Both the position numbers and the translations under genes were made by a program. Positions 57,028 to 64,000 of a stretch of 64,000 nucleotides of DNA are shown piece after piece. Each line of letters starts with the position of its first letter. Positions within the stretch are counted from its first letter, which is position 1. The notes below the pieces were generated by a model that made no database searches, was not told the DNA's origin, and saw nothing but the letters and a program-made list of their open reading frames with translations. The stretch spans positions 2,914,001 to 2,978,000 of the forward strand of contig CM022668.1 in the NCBI GenBank assembly GCA_012295275.1. The letters are read 5' to 3'. This DNA comes from Chrysomallon squamiferum (taxonomy: Eukaryota; Animalia; Mollusca).

Positions 57028-58125
57028 TTTATTTATATAGTTATATCTTCCCTCACACGTAACACGTACGCACGCACGCACGCACACACGCACGCAATGT
57101 AAAGGTGTTGATGCATATATTAAGAGTTGCTGAAGTTTACTGTTCTGACAAGTAATAGCTGCAGCAGCTACAACTGCTAAGCGTCAACAGACAGGGCAAT
57201 GAAAGCCACGTGGGCCCATTCCTCGCGTGCATTTTGCACGTGCCACAGCGGCGTTTGGCGCTCGTGCATGCCGGTTTTATTTCACGCTTGTCGCTGGCAA
57301 TTTTGTTGATATGTCAATATAAAGGAGAAAGATAGAAAGAAAGGAAGGAAGGTGTTATGAATATATTTCGTTTTTATTTTGTGTTAGTTTAGAAATTATT
57401 TTAAAATACGGCTGCAGATATATGTATGCACGCACACACACACACACACGCACAGACACAGCTATTCGGACACATAAAGCACACACACACGTATACACGC
57501 ACAAAACCCACACCTACACCTACACACGCACATTCTCACACACACACACAAAACGGACACGTACACAACACACACAGACACACAGAGAGAGAGAGAGAGA
57601 GAGTTTATGAGAAAGAGAGAGAGAAGAGAGAGAGAAATAAAGAAAAGTAAATAAAGAAAGAAATAATTAGAGAGAGGGAGGGCATTCAAAGATATACACA
57701 CAGATAGATAAAAACTAAAAGGTAAAATATATAAATTGACACGGAGAAAACGAGAGATACATTAAAAAAAAAAAAATGGACGGTTTGCCCGTTCCAACCG
57801 GAGCTCTTTACGGTAAGCGTAAACACGGACACGTGTTAGTGAACTGCGTGTATCGGGCTGTGCTGAAGCTGGAACTCGGCTGCTCGGCTGTGCAAGTCAC
57901 GTGAGTGGAAGCGACAGCCAAGTGGCGGGTCTGCGCAGTTACATCAGCTAAAGGTTAACCCATTACGCGCCTCGTTTCGTTTCGTTTAACTCATTTCGCA
58001 ATTTGCATCTCTTCAGGTGTGTGTGTTCTTAAGGTGAGCGACCAGTGACCGCAGTTAAATCAACCACGATCAGTGAGGTTGCCTATCTGCCTTGTGATTG
58101 ACAGGCTTTGAACACGCGTCTTCGT

Positions 58126-58128
<3 letters not shown>

Positions 58129-58217
<89 letters not shown>

Positions 58218-58575
58218 AGATACATAAAGAGAGAGAAGAACGAAAGAGAGAGAGTGAAAGAGAGAACGAAAGAGAGAGAGAGAAAGAGATAAAGAGAGAG
58301 AGAGAACGAAAGAGAGAGATAAAAAGAGAGAGTGAAAGAGAGAGAGAACGAAAGAGAGAGAGAAAGAGAGATAAAGAGAGAGAGAACGAAGAGAGATAAA
58401 AAGAGAAAAAAGAGAGAGAGAGAACGAGAGAGAAAGAGAGAGAAAAAGAGAGAGAGATAAAGAGATAAAAGAGAACGAAAGAGAGAGAGATAAAGAGATA
58501 AAAAAGAGAGAGAGAAAGAGAGAGAAAAAGAGAGTGAAAGAGAGAGAGAACGAAAGACAGAGAGAGAAAGAGAGA
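58129..58575. repeat. (GA)n tract grading into a purine-rich minisatellite
   Basis: Pure (ga)n followed by repeated gagaacgaaagagagag / gagataaagag units. Confidence 0.9.
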
Positions 58576-58794
58576 TTAAGAGAATATTTTTTATACTCAT
58601 CGTCATCGTCATGTCGTAGTTGTAGTTATCATCATCATCATCATTATTATTATTATTATTACAGAAGATAATTTATATATTTTTTCTATGTTAAAATATG
58701 TACATATATATGTATATCTGTATATCTATAATCTATTTACCTGTCTCTATATTTGTTTCTTTCTCTCATGCACACACACACAAACACTCATACG

Positions 58795-58850
<56 letters not shown>

Positions 58851-59216
58851 TATGTATGATATAAATAAATAGCAAATAATAAAATAAATATGAAAATACT
58901 ATTTCTGTATTTACAACGATCGTAAAATTTTAAACAAATAATTATATTAATTTTAACAAATTTCTTATTAAACTTACACACAGACACATACATATATATA
59001 CATACATGCACACACACGTACATACATACATACATACATATCGTATGGGTGTGTCTGTGTATGTACGGATCTAATGTGAAGGGACCAATTTCATACAATC
59101 CACAGCAAGGTTCTGACAAGGAGGCTATGTTCTGCTAACTATTATTTTGTTCCTTTTAAATGAGCAAAATTACTATGTTGAAACTTAAATCCACTTCGCT
59201 GGTGTTTCCTCATTTT

Positions 59217-59306
<90 letters not shown>

Positions 59307-60180
59307 TATTATTATTATTGTTGTTATTGTTGTTGATGTTATTACTATGATTATGATTATTATTATTATTATTATATATATTGTTGTTATTATTATTACT
59401 ATGATTATTTATTTATTTATTTATTTTGAAATTCTTGAGTGCACCATCATTATTGTTAACATTTACGAAAACCCGGATTTCTACAAGCTTTAGCCTCATT
59501 TCGTCCCAATCTCATCTTGTAAGTTGGTTATCTGGGAAATTGGTGCTGTCTACATTTAAACGTGTAAGCGAAGAAAGTAAACACGTGAGTCTATTTTCTG
59601 AGAGTTGAGAGGTTTCTGGAAGTAATTCAGTCGTTTGATGGATCAGGAATTTAAATCTTGAGAGTGACGCCTAATTAAAATCTTATTTTACCTGGTGTAC
59701 ATCAGTGTTGATTATCGTAAATCTTCTAATTAGTCACGTGATCGATTATTATAGTTTATCTGTAATCCAGATTTGAATTCTTTCATGGTTCGTTTTATTC
59801 ACGTCATCATCGTAATCATCATCATCATCTTCTTCTTCTTTTTCTTCTTCTCTTTTATCTCTCCTTCTTTCTCTCTGTCTTTCGCTTTCTCTCCCTTCCT
59901 CCCTCCCTCTCTTTTCTCCGTCTCATACAGAAGTAAAATTGTGAACATCTAGAATCTGGTTGTGAAATAAAACTTATATTCTACGTGTGTGTTACTTGTT
60001 ATTATTAACTGTGTACAGTATTACACTCTGGTCTAAATGCGCAGTTTGTACGTATATTTAGTTGTAAGTTGTTATCAACTTCGTCTTATTTGCAGTCATC
60101 ATCATCATCTTCATCTTCTTTCTCGTAGTCTTTTTTCTTTATTTCACACACGCGCACACACACGCACACACACACACGCA

Positions 60181-60247
<67 letters not shown>

Positions 60248-60764
60248 ACTAACCAGTCTTTATCATCACAAGAAAGGTGCCTACAGGAAAACACAAAATA
60301 TCGCAGTTCTTAACAAACCGATATCAGTTATCCTCTTAGAGATAAAGTGTTCACAAAAATACAAGGAGAAAACAATAAATCCAATGACGGCGGGTTTCTT
60401 TTCTAATATCCTCACTATGTGTAAAATAAACATTTAAATTATTTAATAAAAATGACTGCTAAATCATCTCGAGACATGTTTAAATAAATATACATTCATT
60501 TATCGACTATGAACTACATTTGGTACTTTTACATTTAGCACCAATGTATTAAGCTCGGCGTTTTAACCTTTAAAAATAAAAAAAAGAAAGAAAGACAAGA
60601 AGAAAGAAAGAAAAAAAAGAAATAAGGAACAAGAGAAAAAGGTGTGTTGTCACACAGTGTGTGATGTATTTGTAAACAGTGCACAGTCTGTATCGATTTT
60701 GCTCGGGTAGAACGCAAAATTGAGTTAATATCGAGAAAATTGTTTTTACCGCGAGATGCCACAA

Positions 60765-60837
60765 ACGCCCCCTGGCGTTATTATTACATGATTTGATATA
60801 ATTTCATTACAGAAATGTGCAGCGCCCTCTGGCGTTA
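60765..60837. promoter_or_regulatory. Two tandem CTCF-like motifs
   Basis: aCGCCCCCTGGCGtta (60765-60780) and cAGCGCCCTCTGGCGtta (60820-60837). Both have the same orientation and match the reverse-complement CTCF core AGYGCCMYCTRGYGG except at the terminal positions. Confidence 0.4.
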
Positions 60838-61003
60838 AAGACCCAGCGTCGAGGTAAAACTAGATGTCTGTTTATTTCTCTTCTGTTTTCAAATGGGGAA
60901 TTACTCAGTTTGCCAAATTGCCATGGCGGTTCCTTCGGCAGGGGTCGAGCCGGTTGACACATTTGTTTTTTTCTTTCGTTGTAATTTCCACCTTCTAATG
61001 TAG

Positions 61004-61087
61004 GTCACTCCTCTCTTGTTTCACTCGCGTACTCGTACACGAAGACAGAGAGAAACTGAAAGACAGAGCACAGGCAAAAATAATGAG
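61004..61087 (+). other. Candidate plus-strand exon (first exon ending ATGAG|gtaagt, or 84-nt internal exon)
   Basis: Consensus donor GAG|gtaagt at 61088. Upstream there is either an initiator-like TCACTC (61021-61026) with aaataATG at 61083, or an acceptor ttccaccttctaatgtag| at 61003. CpG-rich context. No recognisable protein. Confidence 0.25.
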
Positions 61088-61271
61088 GTAAGTGTACTAG
61101 AAGAACAAAGAAAGAAAGAAAGAAACAAATAAATAAGTAAATATTAAGACTTTTTATATATAACATACCACTGTAAGAAAAAAAAAGTGATACAATCGTA
61201 AAGGAAAACAGAACGAAAGTAAATATTAAAAACTAAAAGTCATATACCTCGTTACTGTAAAAGAAAGAAAG

Positions 61272-61353
<82 letters not shown>

Positions 61354-61510
61354 CAAAATCCTAAGAAGCAAAAACTCAAAAAAAACAACAACAAACAAAC
61401 AAAAACTGGAAACCAAAAACAATAAAAGAAACAACAACACAACAAAAACAAAACAAAAAAACACTACAAGAACTAAGTAATATAATAACCCCCTCCAAAA
61501 AAAACCACAC

Positions 61511-61541
<31 letters not shown>

Positions 61542-61899
61542 CACCTCCGTACAGTTTACCTCGATAATCAACTAAAATCTAATGACGACATCGCCTATAG
61601 CTACAGTTTACATGACGTCACAATGTTGAAAACGTTGCCGCATGACGACCAAGTGCTAGGGGCGATGATGTATTCCATAGTTACAACACAATTATTTCTC
61701 TATCAGCTGGATATTTGATTATTTATTTTTTTCACCCGCAGACTGTGTTTAATCAAATTTAATTTACGACGTACGTATTTCGTGGACAGTATTTCGATAA
61801 TCGTAGTGCAGACTTCGACTTTTAAAAAATAAATATGTTTTTTTTTTTTTTTTTTTTTCACTCTTCAAGGTAACATGGTTCATATATTGTTTACGACAT

Positions 61900-62280
61900 A
61901 ATTTCTTCTTCTTGTTTTTTTTCTTTTACTTCTTTTATTTCTTCTTCTTCTTCTTCTTCTTCTTCTTCTTCTTCTTCTTCTTCCTCTTAGTTTTCGTCTT
62001 CTTTATCTTTTTTCTTTTTCTTTCTTCTCTTCTTCTTCTTCTTCTTCTTCTTCCTCTTAGTTTTCGTCTTCTTTATCTTTTTTCTTTTTCTTTCTTCTCT
62101 TCTTCTTCTTCTTCTTCTTCTTCTTCTTCTTCTTCTTCTTCTTCTTCTTCTTCTTCTTCTTTTTTCTTTATTTTCTCGGTTGTCCTGTACGTCTTTTTCT
62201 TTCTGTCTTTCTCCATCTTCTTCTTCTTTCTTTCTTCTTTCTTTCTTCTCGGTTTTCTTTTCTTCGTTTTCTTCATAATA
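61900..62280. repeat. (TTC)n pyrimidine tract with an internal ~70-bp duplication
   Basis: cctcttagttttcgtcttctttatcttttttctttttctttcttctc occurs twice (about 61983 and 62053) between (ttc)n runs. Confidence 0.9.
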
Positions 62281-62641
62281 TATCATCTGCTTCACGTTGA
62301 TTTGTTGTTCACTGAATACTCGTGTTGCTCCTCCTGTCCTTTCCTTGTCTGTCTGCAGTCTGTCTCTCCGTTAGTCCTTCTCTCCAACTGTCTGTAAGTG
62401 TGTTTACTAGAACGTTTTTTTTTTTTTTTTTTTTTTTTTTGAATTTTACTATTTATGTCATTTCATATGTGATTTCACATACATTATAAATAATTTATCT
62501 ACATCTTTGATATATTTATTTGACACAAATACACCAACAAATAATACCTTTTTTTAAAAATGTTGTATTATTATTATTTTTTAAAACTGATGATTCAGCT
62601 ACGATGATTGCAAAATAATGATAATAATAATAATAATAATC

Positions 62642-62681
<40 letters not shown>

Positions 62682-63380
62682 TAATAATAAATTTGAACAT
62701 TTCTAAGTGCAACTTTGGCTTGAAAATTAAATTAACAACAACAACAACAACAACAACAACAAATAAAATTAGTCAAGTTTTAAATAAACAAAAATAAAAA
62801 TGAACTAAATAAATTAAAGAAAGAAAGGAGAAAAGGAGTGCAAAGTACACCCCCACCCCACCCTTGTTCCGCGTCCCTCTGCATGCACGTTATCATTCAC
62901 ACACTTATCAAAACGTAACAAACTCGGATACAATTCTGGTCAATGCTCGCAAGTTCTCGGTGCATGTGTCTCGTAAAACAACGCAAAGAGAATCCGCGCC
63001 TCAGAACTGCAGTCGTAAAACGAATCAAAAAGCGATTAACCCTTTTCACGCCTCGCCTCGCCTGTCAGCAAGCCGCGGCGTGATTCACCATCAGTTACTT
63101 CCCTTATCTGAGGTGCTGCCACCTATCGTCAGTGGCGTGTTTCGTTATCTGCGTCGCAGGGTCAGAAGGAAGCGTGAAGAGATAAGGATGAGGAAGACGA
63201 TGCTCCAGAATTTCGTCTGTCTGTTTCGTTGCACCAGTTTCTGAAAATGCAGACGTCACGGAGATTAATATTTCTTGTGAAAAATTGAAAATTGTTTTTT
63301 AAAAAAAAAAATAAAAAAAAAAAAAAGATTTTCGTATAGTTATTAAATATGAATACGAGTTGGAGAGTGAGTGAGTGGGG

Positions 63381-63459
<79 letters not shown>

Positions 63460-63508
63460 TTTTATATTTGTCAGTCAGTCTCTCTCTCTCTGTCTCTGTC
63501 TCTCTCTG

Positions 63509-63578
<70 letters not shown>

Positions 63579-64000
63579 GTGTATAAAGATATTTGTTTAT
63601 CCATCGTTTCTGATTTATTATGAATCAAATTTCCATAAAGAATTTCGATTTGTACAACACTGTCAATAAAATCAGTGAGAAATCAATGTATACGCGAAGA
63701 GTACCGATGTACGTATGTATGTATGTATGAATGTATGAATGTATGTATGTATGTATGTATGTATGTGTATGTATGTATGTATGTATGTATGTATATATGT
63801 GTGTATATATATACATATATATTTAAGCACAAAACAATAACAATCGAAAAACCCACTACTACTACTAAAAAACAACAACAACAACAACAAATATTTAAAC
63901 AACAGTCCCCGTCCTACCTCAACGAAGCAAACAATAAGTACTTGTGTTCACGTATTAAACTGTTAGAACGTTCAACTCGTTGAAAGTGATAATTAAATTG

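Overview
This is AT-rich animal genomic DNA packed with microsatellites, most likely from a gastropod mollusc. That assignment is inferred from SINE-like remnants, repeat style and a mosaic CpG pattern. None of the supplied ORFs is a credible protein; they are translated (CA)n, (GA)n, (TAG)n, (ATT)n and (TTC)n repeats or short chance ORFs. The best-supported gene feature is missing from the ORF track: a minus-strand first coding exon at 53828..53735. It has a gccATGG start, encodes a 31-aa signal-peptide-like sequence (MAFYCALVLSFTSLWIHIGITSGLVNLADEQ) and ends at a phase-1 donor, AAG|gtagg. It lies just downstream of a CpG-rich promoter (CRE, ETS, CCAAT, E-box), and its 5' UTR holds three uORFs. 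Everything from 53734 down to about 2 kb, or past the window edge, looks like one intron of >51 kb that is CpG-depleted. That intron contains a textbook recursive-splice ('ratchet') site at 16055/16054 and weaker candidates. It also holds CpG-retaining islets with transcription-factor motif clusters, including a five-half-site DR1 (RXRE-like) array, several minisatellites, and decayed SINE/MITE copies. The upstream 54-64 kb retains CpG and has enhancer-like blocks, CTCF-like motifs and possible plus-strand exons. The gene cannot be identified from this window. No rRNA, tRNA, CRISPR array or intact transposon ORF was seen. All motif-function assignments are inferences from consensus matches read by eye.
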